From a virus (lineage: Duplodnaviria > Caudoviricetes), in the IMG/VR virus record IMGVR_UViG_3300030331_003845, positions 1 through 57,336 of that record: a stretch of 57,336 bases of DNA; one strand, 5' to 3'. The position numbers and the translations under genes were made by a program. The notes under the pieces were generated by a model. That model ran no database searches and was not told where the DNA came from. It saw only the letters and a program-made list of their open reading frames with translations. Below are positions 14,982 to 25,326 of this stretch, one piece after another (position 1 is the first letter of the stretch; every line of letters starts with the position of its first letter).

Positions 14982-15761
14982 TTAGAATGGTGTTTTTTCT
15001 TGTTGTTCTTCTTTGTTGTGTTTAACTTTAACAGAACCACCCATAACAGACTCTCTAAATTTAGCAGCTCTTTCTACTAAACCCTGATTATCGCATGTGC
15101 CTTCAGAAGTTATTTCCCATCCATACCAAGATCCAAGATTGTTTTTCTCAAGTACAGTTTTTAATCTGTATAGTTGAGTAAACGGAGCAGGTCTAAAAAA
15201 ACCCTTCCCATTTTTCTTTGGAACTTGCATTAGGTTCATCATAGAATTCCACTTTTTAGATTTCTTTCTTTGAGTGGACTTCATTGTGATTAAAGCCTCT
15301 GTTGCCATTTGTTCTTCACAAATTACAACATAATGAGATGCTGTTTCTTCTATGTAGTTTCCGTTTTGTAACCTATCTTTACCATCATCACCTCTAGTTG
15401 TTTTAGCGATGATATCTGAGTCAGCAGGATATACATTTCTTGGTGCAGTGCTGCCTTCTTGGCCACGATCTGCCCATTCAATGTACTCGAACTTATAGAA
15501 AGCTGGTATAACTCTTATACCTTTAACACCATCATACAGTTTATCTGTAACAGTATTAATGATCATTCCTGGTCTAGCCTTCTCAATAAATTTAGAATCA
15601 CCCTGCGTAACTTGTGGTGATAGTTGAGATAGTATTTTTAGAAACGGTAGCTGAAGACTCTTACTATCAATGTTATCAAAACCTTGATCAGCAAATTTTT
15701 CGATATCAACCGTTGCTAGTGCGTTGTTCTTTTTTACGTCTACGTCTTTACTTGATGACAT
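14982..15761 (-). CDS. Putative single-stranded DNA-binding / annealing protein
   Basis: LPFLKILSQLSPQ, acidic tail ending PF, position in the replication operon. Confidence 0.65.
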   Translation of the reverse strand: MSSSKDVDVKKNNALATVDIEKFADQGFDNIDSKSLQLPFLKILSQLSPQVTQGDSKFIEKARPGMIINTVTDKLYDGVKGIRVIPAFYKFEYIEWADRGQEGSTAPRNVYPADSDIIAKTTRGDDGKDRLQNGNYIEETASHYVVICEEQMATEALITMKSTQRKKSKKWNSMMNLMQVPKKNGKGFFRPAPFTQLYRLKTVLEKNNLGSWYGWEITSEGTCDNQGLVERAAKFRESVMGGSVKVKHNKEEQQEKTPF

Positions 15762-15762
15762 A

Positions 15763-16305
15763 TTACTCCTTCGTTTTTAGTTTTGCTTTATTAGCGATAT
15801 AGACACCGAATAAATCAAACGGGAGCTCCTTACCTTTTTCGACTTGTTCTTTTGCAAAAGCTTTTAAAGTCATAGGTTCGACTTTTTCTTTTTGAACATA
15901 TCTAAACCCATGCTCATTACAAACTTTGATGAGTTCAGAAGCCAAATTATCTTGACCTCTGTTAAATGATGCAGTGATTTGATTTTTAATTAAATCACCA
16001 TAACCTTTATCTCTTAACCAAGAGAACGCCTCTTGTGTTCTAGACTCAGGGATTTTAGCAGCATAAAAAGGTTTTACTTCTACTTTACTGCCATCTGTTA
16101 AGACAAGTGTATTTACCCCTGCTTCTTGCATGAGTTCAGGCACTTTTCTTTCTACATAATCTCTTAATCTTTTTTTCTTATTGGCTAGGATTTCTTCATC
16201 GTTTTCGATTTCACTTTCCAACTGTTTCATTTCATTACAAGCTTTTGTGATTGATTTCACAGAATCTTGGTCTAAACTTAAATTAGAAAATTTTTCAATA
16301 TCCAT
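15763..16305 (-). CDS. Conserved replication-operon protein (start MDIEK)
   Basis: VPELM...LTDGSKV...AFSWLR..GYGDLIK...VEPMTLKAF. Confidence 0.8.
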   Translation of the reverse strand: MDIEKFSNLSLDQDSVKSITKACNEMKQLESEIENDEEILANKKKRLRDYVERKVPELMQEAGVNTLVLTDGSKVEVKPFYAAKIPESRTQEAFSWLRDKGYGDLIKNQITASFNRGQDNLASELIKVCNEHGFRYVQKEKVEPMTLKAFAKEQVEKGKELPFDLFGVYIANKAKLKTKE

Positions 16306-16378
16306 ATCTTGAGTCGGACAATATATTTTCTTATTGAAAACGCAAGGAGAAAATAGTAGAAAGATCATGGATGTGGAA
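16300..16378. promoter_or_regulatory. Divergent control region with inverted AAGAT(C)ATGGAT elements
   Basis: Back-to-back starts at 16305(-) and 16371(+). TTGCGT..TATATT on the minus strand; TTGAAA on the plus strand. Confidence 0.65.
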
Positions 16379-17789
16379 ATACCCGTACAAAACTAAACCT
16401 TTTGAGCATCAAAGGACTGCATTACAAGCATCATCAAATGCAATAAACTTCGCATATTTTATGGAAATGGGTACTGGTAAAACTAAAACAACAATAGACA
16501 ATATTTCTTACCTATATTTGAAAAACTTGTGTAAATCCGCGCTTATTATAGCCCCTAAATCTGTATACTCAGTATGGAAAACTGAATTTGCAAAGCATTG
16601 TCCTGATTCGATTGACCCTGTGTTTTATATATGGAAACAAACAAAAAAGAATTTTAAATGGGGAGATCCCAGCAAACTTAGAATCTTTCTAATAAATGTT
16701 GAAGCTCTATCTACAAAAAAAGGTTTGAAAGCATGTGAAGAATTTTTAAGAGATAATAGAAACAATATTACAGTAGTGGATGAATCAACCACAATAAAAA
16801 ACCCAAAAGCATTAAGAACAAAGAACATTTTAAAATTAAGAAGCCTATCGAAAATGCGCCGTATATTAACAGGATCACCAGTAACAAAATCTCCATTAGA
16901 TCTTTATACACAATGTGCATTCCTTGATCCACAACTTTTAGGGTTTACTAGTTTTTATGCTTTCAGAAACCGATATTGCAACTTTGAGGAAGTATATGTA
17001 GCACAAGGAGAAACTATCTCTGTGCCAACATCTTTTAAAAATCTTGAAGAATTAGAACATAAATTAAAACATTTTTCATACAGAGTAACTAAAGATGAAT
17101 GTTTAGATATTCCTGATAAACTGTACCAAATCCGTACAGTTAAACTTGAGGGCGAACAAAAAAGAGCATATCAAAGCCTTCGAATGAATGCTTTGGCTTT
17201 GCTTGAAGAAGGCACTATCTCGGTACACAATCAATTAACTGAAATATTACGATTACATCAATTAGCAAACGGACATTGTAAGGATGATAACGGTGGTATG
17301 ATGCAGTTTGAAAACCCAAAACTTAAAGCGATGCTTGAAATATTAGAGGAGACAGAGGACAAAGTAATTATATGGGCTACTTACATTCATAACATTAATG
17401 AGATTGTTGTTGCTCTAACTAAAAAATATGGAAAAGAATCGGTGGTGCAAATGTATGGTGCTATAACTGTTGAAGATAGGAATGAAGCTGTAGATCGTTT
17501 TCAAAATGATCCTACTTGTAGATTCTTCGTTGCTAATCCTGTAACTGGTGGTTATGGTCTTACACTCACGGCTGCAAAATATGTTATTTATTATTCCAAC
17601 AATTACAACTTAGAAGTGAGAAGACAATCAGAAGATAGGGCTCACAGAATAGGACAAAATAAAAATGTCGTTTATATTGATATTATGGTTGAGGATACTA
17701 TTGATTTTAAGATTGTTGCTGCACTAAAGAAAAAAATTCAGTTATCTGCACAAACATTGGGTGAAGATGCTAAACAATGGCTTATTTAG
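16371..17789 (+). CDS. SNF2-family SF2 helicase
   Basis: MEMGTGKT, VDEST, LTGSP, GGYGLTL, QSEDRAHRIGQ. Confidence 0.93.
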   Translation: MWKYPYKTKPFEHQRTALQASSNAINFAYFMEMGTGKTKTTIDNISYLYLKNLCKSALIIAPKSVYSVWKTEFAKHCPDSIDPVFYIWKQTKKNFKWGDPSKLRIFLINVEALSTKKGLKACEEFLRDNRNNITVVDESTTIKNPKALRTKNILKLRSLSKMRRILTGSPVTKSPLDLYTQCAFLDPQLLGFTSFYAFRNRYCNFEEVYVAQGETISVPTSFKNLEELEHKLKHFSYRVTKDECLDIPDKLYQIRTVKLEGEQKRAYQSLRMNALALLEEGTISVHNQLTEILRLHQLANGHCKDDNGGMMQFENPKLKAMLEILEETEDKVIIWATYIHNINEIVVALTKKYGKESVVQMYGAITVEDRNEAVDRFQNDPTCRFFVANPVTGGYGLTLTAAKYVIYYSNNYNLEVRRQSEDRAHRIGQNKNVVYIDIMVEDTIDFKIVAALKKKIQLSAQTLGEDAKQWLI

Positions 17790-18454
17790 CCTTTTTTCAT
17801 CTGATCATTAAATATCTTTAATCTTTCGAGAAATTTATTAGCGTATTCGTCTAATTCAGGCTCTTGGAGCTTAAATTCTTGATATTGCAGTCCTCGGGTC
17901 GCGATAGCCACTACACCCTGCTCTATGGCTCCGTAATGCGTTTTATGGGCCAAATAATAAGCACCTAACTGATGTTTATAATCATCTACCCATTCCTCTC
18001 TTTTTGGTCTATTTGATTGCTTAAAATCAACAATTGTGGGCTTTCCATCACTCAAAGCCACCATATCTGTTGTACCTGCATATTCTTGGTTAAAAGCAAG
18101 AGATACCTCATTACCCCAAACTTCTTCTATTTTAAGATTTTCCTTAATAATCTCAGCCATCTTACGTGGTAAAATACCAAAGTCAGTAGCATTATAATAC
18201 TTTTCATTATTGTAATAAAATTCAAGAACCTTATGCATCTCTGTGCCTACGGCAGACGCGTTCTTCATTATTCTGTCTGCCTCTTCATTACCTATTCTTC
18301 TTCTCCAATCATCAAGCGTTTTTGTATCTTTAGTTGCACTTAATATGGTTGTAACTCCTGGTACACCAATATCATCAACTAAATATTTCCTGCCTGTTTC
18401 TGTATGGAATCTATTATGTTTTTTGTAAGTGAATTTTTTGTTTATTTTGATCAC
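17786..18454 (-). CDS. PD-(D/E)XK (Cas4/RecB-like) exonuclease
   Basis: PGVTTIL, GTEMH, AGTTD...IVDFKQ, QLGAY. Confidence 0.88.
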   Translation of the reverse strand: MIKINKKFTYKKHNRFHTETGRKYLVDDIGVPGVTTILSATKDTKTLDDWRRRIGNEEADRIMKNASAVGTEMHKVLEFYYNNEKYYNATDFGILPRKMAEIIKENLKIEEVWGNEVSLAFNQEYAGTTDMVALSDGKPTIVDFKQSNRPKREEWVDDYKHQLGAYYLAHKTHYGAIEQGVVAIATRGLQYQEFKLQEPELDEYANKFLERLKIFNDQMKKG

Positions 18455-18459
18455 ATATA

Positions 18460-18660
18460 CTAATTAGCCAAAAGATTGACTAAAGTCAAAATAATTGCAC
18501 CCATACCACCAACTAATGCAACGAAGAACCAATTTACTTTTTGCCTTACATCATCAAGACCTTTATGCATATGATCTTGTTGTTTTTTAAGTCCTGATAT
18601 ATGACCATACAAAGCTATGATATGCTCACCTGTAGTTCTTGGATCTTTACCGTTGGCCAT
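18460..18660 (-). CDS. Small coiled-coil protein with C-terminal TM helix (start MANGK)
   Basis: AAGGAG SD; hydrophobic C-terminus. Confidence 0.7.
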   Translation of the reverse strand: MANGKDPRTTGEHIIALYGHISGLKKQQDHMHKGLDDVRQKVNWFFVALVGGMGAIILTLVNLLAN

Positions 18661-21600
18661 TTGTTTCTCTCCTTCTTGCTGCAGCAATAGAAGTAGAATC
18701 AAAAGGATATAATGAAGCTACCTCTTGTGATGATACCTGGCCGGTGTTCGTTGGTACATTTACATTTGAAGGCACAGGATTTTCTAATTGAAGATCATCT
18801 GTTACGGGAGCTGTATCAGCTTCAACATCTCGCTCTTCTTGATCTACGGCAGCCTCAATTTGATTTTGTACAGATCTTTCTATCATAGCCACTAAGTTGT
18901 TGTCTTCTTCTACATTTCCTGATGATCCGCTAAAGTTTTGTGCAAACATTGTATCATATGTATGCTTAGGTAAATTTTTCTCATCATATATTGGTTGTGG
19001 TATTCTTATTGAAAGGTTTAACAATTCTTCTCTAATTCTTTCCTCATCAATATTCTTAGGATCTACAAATGGAATATCTTTATCTTCTTCATTTAAATAA
19101 TTTAGTAATCTTGCAAAACCTTCTCTCTTTCTTGTAAGGCCAAGTTTGAATGCCGAATCAGTAACAGAACCAATTTTTCCAGTGATACCGTTACCCGATA
19201 AAGAATTTACAATTGTATTTATACTTCTACCTGAATAATAGTCTCGACCAGGCAAAAGAGCTCTAGGAGTTCCTCGTCCTATTTTCTCACCTCTTAATAA
19301 TTTTAATGTTTCATCTGGCAACAATGCATCGTTCATCGCTCGTAAAGCTACAGGGTCCGTAAGTATTTGACCTGCTCTTCTCGCTAGTAAAATCATTACT
19401 AAGGGTGCTAACGGACTTGCAACAAATCCACTACCTATTAAAAGACCACCACCAATAGATCCACCTAAAGTTAATCTTCTTTGTAAGAATTGTGATGTAT
19501 CTGTGATAGGCACGTCAGAAATTGCCTTCATATAACTTGCAAAGTTAAATAACTCATCTGCTCCGTTTTTACCTAACATCTCTGCAAGTTTAGCTCGACC
19601 AGTCTCAGATGTTGCTTTACCTGCTCCTAACTTATTCATAAATGAGTCTATGTTGAACTTAGCAAAATCATTTGGACTAAATCTAATATCTGCAATATCG
19701 TAAATACCATTAGTTTGTTTTATAGTATTAATGTTAAAATCCGGAAGCGCTGCTTTCTCAGCTCTTGTAAGTGTGCCCATAGAATCCTGTAAATATTTTG
19801 TTCCTGCTTGAATTTCAGGACCTTTAGTCAAAGTTCTAAATATTGATCTTGCTTGTGGAGAGTTGACACTATCAAAAGATTCTAAAAAAGTATTAAACAT
19901 ATATCTTGCATTTGCTGCTTTAAACAATGCTTTACCACCCTCTGTAGCTTTGATACCTACCTCGCTTGCACCTTCAGCTCCTATCATAATCTTAAACTGT
20001 TTAATGGCATCTGCTGAATTACCTGCAAAAACATTTCTTTCAATTGCACCAAATAATTGATCAGGAAATATTGCTTGAGTGCCATATATTCCCTCCAAAC
20101 TTTGTGCTGTAAAAGCATTTCTGTCTAAAGCTCTTATTGATTTAATTATAGGTGCTCTCTGATAAAAACCCTGTACTGATGAAAAAATTGTATTTGCTGT
20201 TGTCAATTGATCTTTGAGTTTTTCACCTGCGGATATTGTTGAGTTGATATAATCATCAGCTAAACCCTGTCCGTTGTTTTTTAATATTGTATCATATGTA
20301 GCTTTTATACCTTCATCAGCAAGTAATGCACCTTTTGTTAAATTACCACCAAACGCATTAAAGTCTGCCTCCATTGCTTCACGCATTATAAACATTTGGT
20401 TTTTTAAGGTTTGATACTCAGAACCTTCGATAGCTCTACCAAGCATAGTCATTACACCTTTGAATTGTGATGGTGTTATTCTACCATCACCAATAGCTAA
20501 CATTGCTTTCATAAATGTATTTATAGGATCTCCTGATTTAGTTAAAACTTTCTCTAAAGTCTTAGTATCTAAATCTCCAAAACCATCCACGTACCTACTA
20601 AACTCTGGAAACAAATTTTTATTTTGTTCTAAAAACTCTTTCGCTGCTTGTTGAGTTTTTGTAAGTTTTATTAATGCTGGATTACCTGTAGCTGCAACCA
20701 ATGAATCAAATTTATTGTATGCTTGTGTGTACAAATCTACATTCTTGGCATAAGTTTTTGTTGCTTGTTTATAAACTGAGTCAGATAACACTGATGCTTT
20801 TACTATTGGAGCATATGCCGATAAATTGTTTAAAAACATTTTACCACCTTCTTGTTCAGCTCCTTGAAGAGCATCTCTACCTACTTTCGAAACAAATGGG
20901 AATACCCCTAAAAATCTAAAATACTTTTTACCTAGTTCAGCAAAAGTTCCACCTTTACCTGTTAAAACGTCATCTTTCATTGCTGAAAGTAAAGGAATCG
21001 GTAATCCTTTATCTCTAGCAAATTCAGCTAATTTTTTTTGATCTGGTCCAACTGTACCAAATAGATTTCTTATACCTTTTGCCATTGGCCCAAATATAAA
21101 AGGACCAAGAGCTGCAGCACCTGCATTCCAATAAAATGCATTCTTCATCGCCACTGCTGCGTTCGTTACAATATCTCGATCTACTTCACTTTGTTTTATT
21201 TCTGATAAATCATCACCAATAGCTGATGCAATTTTTACACCTGCTGTCTCATTTAGAACGTCATAAGTAATCGCACCGGCTCCAGCTCCTGCCGTCCCAC
21301 CTAATACTGAGTATATTTCAGTTCTTCCTAATGGACTTTGTACAACCTTCGCAGGTACATCTGATGCTCTAGCTAAAAGTTTTAATGCACCTCCCAAAAA
21401 TTTAAATCTTCCTGGTAATCTATCTGCTATCGCTGTTGCTTTTTTTAGTAATGGACCTGGACCTCTGTTCCAAAGATTACCTGATTTTGCTGCACCAAAA
21501 ATTTGTTGTCTGTTTGCTACGTAAGGTGCAATACTTCCAGTAAGATCACCAACCAATTCATATGTAGCTTGATTTGCTCCACCAGCTGCAGCTATTGGAT

Positions 21601-21796
21601 CCTTTCGTTGAGTATCTTGTCTAGCTAACCTTGATGTTACAAGGTCTCTTTGCATAGCTAGTTCACTCATCTTGGGACCTTTTAAATCACCACGATCAAT
21701 AAGTGTGTCTATTATTTCTCTCTGCTTCCTATTTAATTTTGATGGATCTAATGATCGTTCATCTAATTGTTTTTGTAATGATTCTAAAGTAGCCAT
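18647..21796 (-). CDS. Large internal virion / DNA ejection protein
   Basis: 1049 aa, helical, Gly/Ala-rich hydrophobic segments; last gene of the ejection cluster. Confidence 0.7.
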   Translation of the reverse strand: MATLESLQKQLDERSLDPSKLNRKQREIIDTLIDRGDLKGPKMSELAMQRDLVTSRLARQDTQRKDPIAAAGGANQATYELVGDLTGSIAPYVANRQQIFGAAKSGNLWNRGPGPLLKKATAIADRLPGRFKFLGGALKLLARASDVPAKVVQSPLGRTEIYSVLGGTAGAGAGAITYDVLNETAGVKIASAIGDDLSEIKQSEVDRDIVTNAAVAMKNAFYWNAGAAALGPFIFGPMAKGIRNLFGTVGPDQKKLAEFARDKGLPIPLLSAMKDDVLTGKGGTFAELGKKYFRFLGVFPFVSKVGRDALQGAEQEGGKMFLNNLSAYAPIVKASVLSDSVYKQATKTYAKNVDLYTQAYNKFDSLVAATGNPALIKLTKTQQAAKEFLEQNKNLFPEFSRYVDGFGDLDTKTLEKVLTKSGDPINTFMKAMLAIGDGRITPSQFKGVMTMLGRAIEGSEYQTLKNQMFIMREAMEADFNAFGGNLTKGALLADEGIKATYDTILKNNGQGLADDYINSTISAGEKLKDQLTTANTIFSSVQGFYQRAPIIKSIRALDRNAFTAQSLEGIYGTQAIFPDQLFGAIERNVFAGNSADAIKQFKIMIGAEGASEVGIKATEGGKALFKAANARYMFNTFLESFDSVNSPQARSIFRTLTKGPEIQAGTKYLQDSMGTLTRAEKAALPDFNINTIKQTNGIYDIADIRFSPNDFAKFNIDSFMNKLGAGKATSETGRAKLAEMLGKNGADELFNFASYMKAISDVPITDTSQFLQRRLTLGGSIGGGLLIGSGFVASPLAPLVMILLARRAGQILTDPVALRAMNDALLPDETLKLLRGEKIGRGTPRALLPGRDYYSGRSINTIVNSLSGNGITGKIGSVTDSAFKLGLTRKREGFARLLNYLNEEDKDIPFVDPKNIDEERIREELLNLSIRIPQPIYDEKNLPKHTYDTMFAQNFSGSSGNVEEDNNLVAMIERSVQNQIEAAVDQEERDVEADTAPVTDDLQLENPVPSNVNVPTNTGQVSSQEVASLYPFDSTSIAAARRRETNGQR

Positions 21797-23988
21797 TATT
21801 TATCATAATCCTCTATTAATTCATTTGTCGGTTTATCCATAGTTGTACCAACTGGAGCGTCAGTCTCACCTAAACTCAAACCATATTTATTTCTGTATTG
21901 TTCGAGAACTATGTAGTCACCAAATGCTTGATTAGTAAAGTCGTTTTCTAATCTTTCAATATCTTTGATAAGAGTTTCATTGATCGCTCTTAATGATTGT
22001 ATCACTTGTACTTGACCTTTACCAATAGGGAATATGTTAACTAGCTCTCTTGCATTTTGAATATCTTTTTGTGTTAATCTGTCTTTTGATTTTAATGCGT
22101 TTGCTAAGGCATAAACTGTTATTGTTTCATTAATTGCAAGTCTTTCTAAATCTTGTGAATCATCTGTACCAACAGGAGAAATGAAAGCTTTTAATTGTGT
22201 TTGTCTTTCTTCATATATTTCTTCCATTTGTTTCTTTAATTCATTTTCAGCTCTTTGAGTGGTAATATTTCTATCCTCTGCGTAAGACTTGATATTCTCT
22301 TCAGTTAAAAAATCTTTAGTGAAAAAATCATTTAGATCAGCTTTATTTGAACCAATACTAAAATTAAAGTCAGATGCAGCACCACTTAAACGACTAAATA
22401 ATAAATTTAGTTTACCTCTTGGACCTGCAAGTTGTTTTTTATCTCTTTGTGCTTGTTCAAGAATTTGTAAGTTAATTTTGTTAAATGCATAACCTTTATA
22501 TGCACCTGATATATCTTTTAATACTTTGCTTTGTAATTCATTTGCCTTTTCTCTTTTAATAAATCTTACATACCCGCCATAAGGAATAGTTTGAAAGGCT
22601 TGTGTACCTTGTTGTGTTAAAGCACCTGGTATAGCAATTTGTACTGAACCATCTTTTAACGATTTACCAGCGATGTTACGAAGTTTTCCATCTGGACCCA
22701 TTATCTGTACAACACCAGAATCACCTTCTAACATATCAATATCGTTTGCTGCTTTGAATTGTTCTGTAGCCATTTCAAGAGCTTCCGACATTAAATTGTT
22801 TTCTAATTCACTCTCTTTTAATTTAAGTGTTGCATAATTATTTGATGCTGGACCTAATGCTTGCCCAAATACATCGACTGCTCCAGCAAGACCTTGTTTC
22901 TTCGTTGTGCCGCTCATTAACCCTGCAGCTAAATTTAACAAGAATGTTCTTCTTGCTAGACCAGGATCTCTACCCTTCATTAACTCTGCTTTAATTTCTC
23001 TTGCTAATGCTATTTGTTGAGCAAACGGTGTATCTTTTTTTACGTCACTTACGCCTAATGTATCTTTCTTTGGTTCTTTTATTGGAGCTTCAGGTTTAGA
23101 GGCAATGGTTCCTTCAATAATTGGACCCGTCGCAGCTCCTGGTTCTGCACCAACAGGACCTTTAAGGCCTCCATCTATACCTGTTGATTTTTCTATAGCT
23201 TTATTTTTTATCTCACCAACATTTATAGAGTCGGTGCCTTTAACATTTTGCTCGCCCTCTGCTTTTGCTACGTTTACATTTCCAGTTAATGCTACTTCAG
23301 ATGCCTCTTTAATATTTTTTGCTTCTTCCGCTAATCTTTTTTCAGTATATGGTTTGCTTCTACCAGTTACAATTTGAGTTGGGTCAACTGGAGTAAATAA
23401 ATTTGGAAATAATGGATCACCAAGTTTATTTGTAAGATTTAGTGCTTGGTTTGTGGTCCCCATAGGTTTTTGAGTTAAGTAGTCAATAGCTCCTCCCACA
23501 ATAGGTCTAGCTAAATTATAAGCACCAAGACCTAAGCCTGCAGCCCTTGTGTAAGGATTTATTAGTGCTAGTCCACTTAAACCAAAATCTACTACATTTT
23601 TAGCCATACCCTCTTGCATTCCTAATTTGTCTGTCAAAGCTGATACCGCAGCATAAGTGCCCGCAGGGGCAATTAACGTCCTAGCAATACCACCCCCAAA
23701 ACCAAAAGGAACTCTAGTTTTTGGATTTTTTAATTGACCTGGAAGAGATCCTGGAAAATTTTTTACATCTCGGCCTAATCTTTTAAAAAATTGACCTGTT
23801 CTACTAAAAAAATTTGGTTGATTTACTACCATTGGTAAATTTCTTGTATTAGCTATTTGGCCAGTAACATTTTGAGTTACAGGACCCATTACAAATTGGC
23901 CAATTCTAGCCTTCACAGGTTTTAAGTAGCCTTTACGCAAAGCTACCTGTCTAAACATTGGTCTATTTAAAACATTATTTATGGACAT
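21796..23988 (-). CDS. Internal virion / ejection protein (start MSINN)
   Basis: VLNRPMF N-terminal motif, FLLNLAAGLMSG segment, genomic position. Confidence 0.7.
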   Translation of the reverse strand: MSINNVLNRPMFRQVALRKGYLKPVKARIGQFVMGPVTQNVTGQIANTRNLPMVVNQPNFFSRTGQFFKRLGRDVKNFPGSLPGQLKNPKTRVPFGFGGGIARTLIAPAGTYAAVSALTDKLGMQEGMAKNVVDFGLSGLALINPYTRAAGLGLGAYNLARPIVGGAIDYLTQKPMGTTNQALNLTNKLGDPLFPNLFTPVDPTQIVTGRSKPYTEKRLAEEAKNIKEASEVALTGNVNVAKAEGEQNVKGTDSINVGEIKNKAIEKSTGIDGGLKGPVGAEPGAATGPIIEGTIASKPEAPIKEPKKDTLGVSDVKKDTPFAQQIALAREIKAELMKGRDPGLARRTFLLNLAAGLMSGTTKKQGLAGAVDVFGQALGPASNNYATLKLKESELENNLMSEALEMATEQFKAANDIDMLEGDSGVVQIMGPDGKLRNIAGKSLKDGSVQIAIPGALTQQGTQAFQTIPYGGYVRFIKREKANELQSKVLKDISGAYKGYAFNKINLQILEQAQRDKKQLAGPRGKLNLLFSRLSGAASDFNFSIGSNKADLNDFFTKDFLTEENIKSYAEDRNITTQRAENELKKQMEEIYEERQTQLKAFISPVGTDDSQDLERLAINETITVYALANALKSKDRLTQKDIQNARELVNIFPIGKGQVQVIQSLRAINETLIKDIERLENDFTNQAFGDYIVLEQYRNKYGLSLGETDAPVGTTMDKPTNELIEDYDK

Positions 23989-23989
23989 G

Positions 23990-24868
23990 TTACGTCGTCC
24001 TTGGTTGTTGCATTGCGTCGAATGCAGTAAATGCTCCAATACCTGTTCCTACCGCTTGAGCCAAAGGACTTTGTGTAGGTGCAGTTGATGAACCAAGTGA
24101 TGACTGAGATTTTGGTCCTGCAGCATAAATGTTTGATAAGAAGTCTAATCTTTGGAAAGGTTCTCCAGCTTGTTGTAATCTTGAAGCTCTTGCGGCATCT
24201 AAAGTCTGTTGTGCTAATTGTCTTTGTACGCCACCCGCATCAAACAATTGTTGTATATCTCGTTGTGCCATTTGTTGTTGCTGTTGTCCAAGATTTCCTA
24301 AACCTAAACCAATATCACCCAAAGTTCTTTGTTGAGCTTGCGCAGCACCTAAAGCTGTATTGAAACCTTGTTGTTGTGATAAACCTATTTGTTGTAATGC
24401 TCTATTGGCTAATTCAGATTGAGCAACACCAAGTCGTCCACCACCAAAAGCTCCTGCTCCAACTGCCTGCGCAGCTAATTGGTTTTGTTGTATTTGTGCT
24501 TGTCTACCTATTTCATCAGTAACAAATTGTTGATAAGGATTAAAAAATTGTGAAATGTTTGGGGTCTGTGCAGCAAGTAATTGTCCTATACCTGCTGTGG
24601 TAGTTGGTGCTCCAACGCCAACTTGTCCGGCAGCCGTTAGTCCTTGTCGTTCTAACTGATCTAAGCCAGCAACTTGCATTGCAGGTATGGTCATTGGTTG
24701 TTGTGCTGCAGCTCTAGCTAAATCTAATAATTCTATTTTTCTTTCTTCTATACCAGGAGCTTCTCTAATTACGGATGTTTGAAAAGATGTTCCGCTTCCT
24801 GCAGGCGCTGGAGCAGGTGCAGAACCACCTCCGCCGCCACCAAAAATTTTACTTACTATCGATCCCAT
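23990..24868 (-). CDS. Gln-rich DNA pilot / ejection protein
   Basis: GGGGG N-terminus, FNPYQQ, AGAFGGGR, Q-rich. Confidence 0.75.
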   Translation of the reverse strand: MGSIVSKIFGGGGGGSAPAPAPAGSGTSFQTSVIREAPGIEERKIELLDLARAAAQQPMTIPAMQVAGLDQLERQGLTAAGQVGVGAPTTTAGIGQLLAAQTPNISQFFNPYQQFVTDEIGRQAQIQQNQLAAQAVGAGAFGGGRLGVAQSELANRALQQIGLSQQQGFNTALGAAQAQQRTLGDIGLGLGNLGQQQQQMAQRDIQQLFDAGGVQRQLAQQTLDAARASRLQQAGEPFQRLDFLSNIYAAGPKSQSSLGSSTAPTQSPLAQAVGTGIGAFTAFDAMQQPRTT

Positions 24869-25326
24869 TATACGTCTCTCTCCATTTGAATATGTTTAAC
24901 TTTCCAACCCCATTTTTTAGAAACTCGTGCCCAACCTGGTCTGCACCAAAAAGATAATTTTTTACAGTTATTTAGTTTAGCAAATTTTGTGACTGTTGAC
25001 ACTAGTGCGTCTTCCCATAAATATCTCTTCCTACCTGTAGTTATTATAGCTTCTAACTGATTAAAATTAGGTAGTGCAGCTATTCTTGTTACCATAAGAG
25101 CAAAGACTTGATTTAACTCATCTTCGTCATTACCAAAGGCTAAAAATAACTGCGCTTCGTCTTTCTTTAGAAGATCTTTTATATGGTGAGGTGATGCAAA
25201 CCCACCTGAATATTTCAAAGCCTCGGCGATCATAAAATCACATAGAGGCCAAAACTTATCTATGTATTGGGGTTCGATAGATATAATGTCTATCTTTGGT
25301 TTAGTTAACTGTTTTACTTTCTGCAT
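24868..25326 (-). CDS. GNAT-like fold protein preceding ejection genes (start MQKVK)
   Basis: FAKLNNCKKL...CRPGWARV...GW pattern. Confidence 0.6.
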   Translation of the reverse strand: MQKVKQLTKPKIDIISIEPQYIDKFWPLCDFMIAEALKYSGGFASPHHIKDLLKKDEAQLFLAFGNDEDELNQVFALMVTRIAALPNFNQLEAIITTGRKRYLWEDALVSTVTKFAKLNNCKKLSFWCRPGWARVSKKWGWKVKHIQMERDV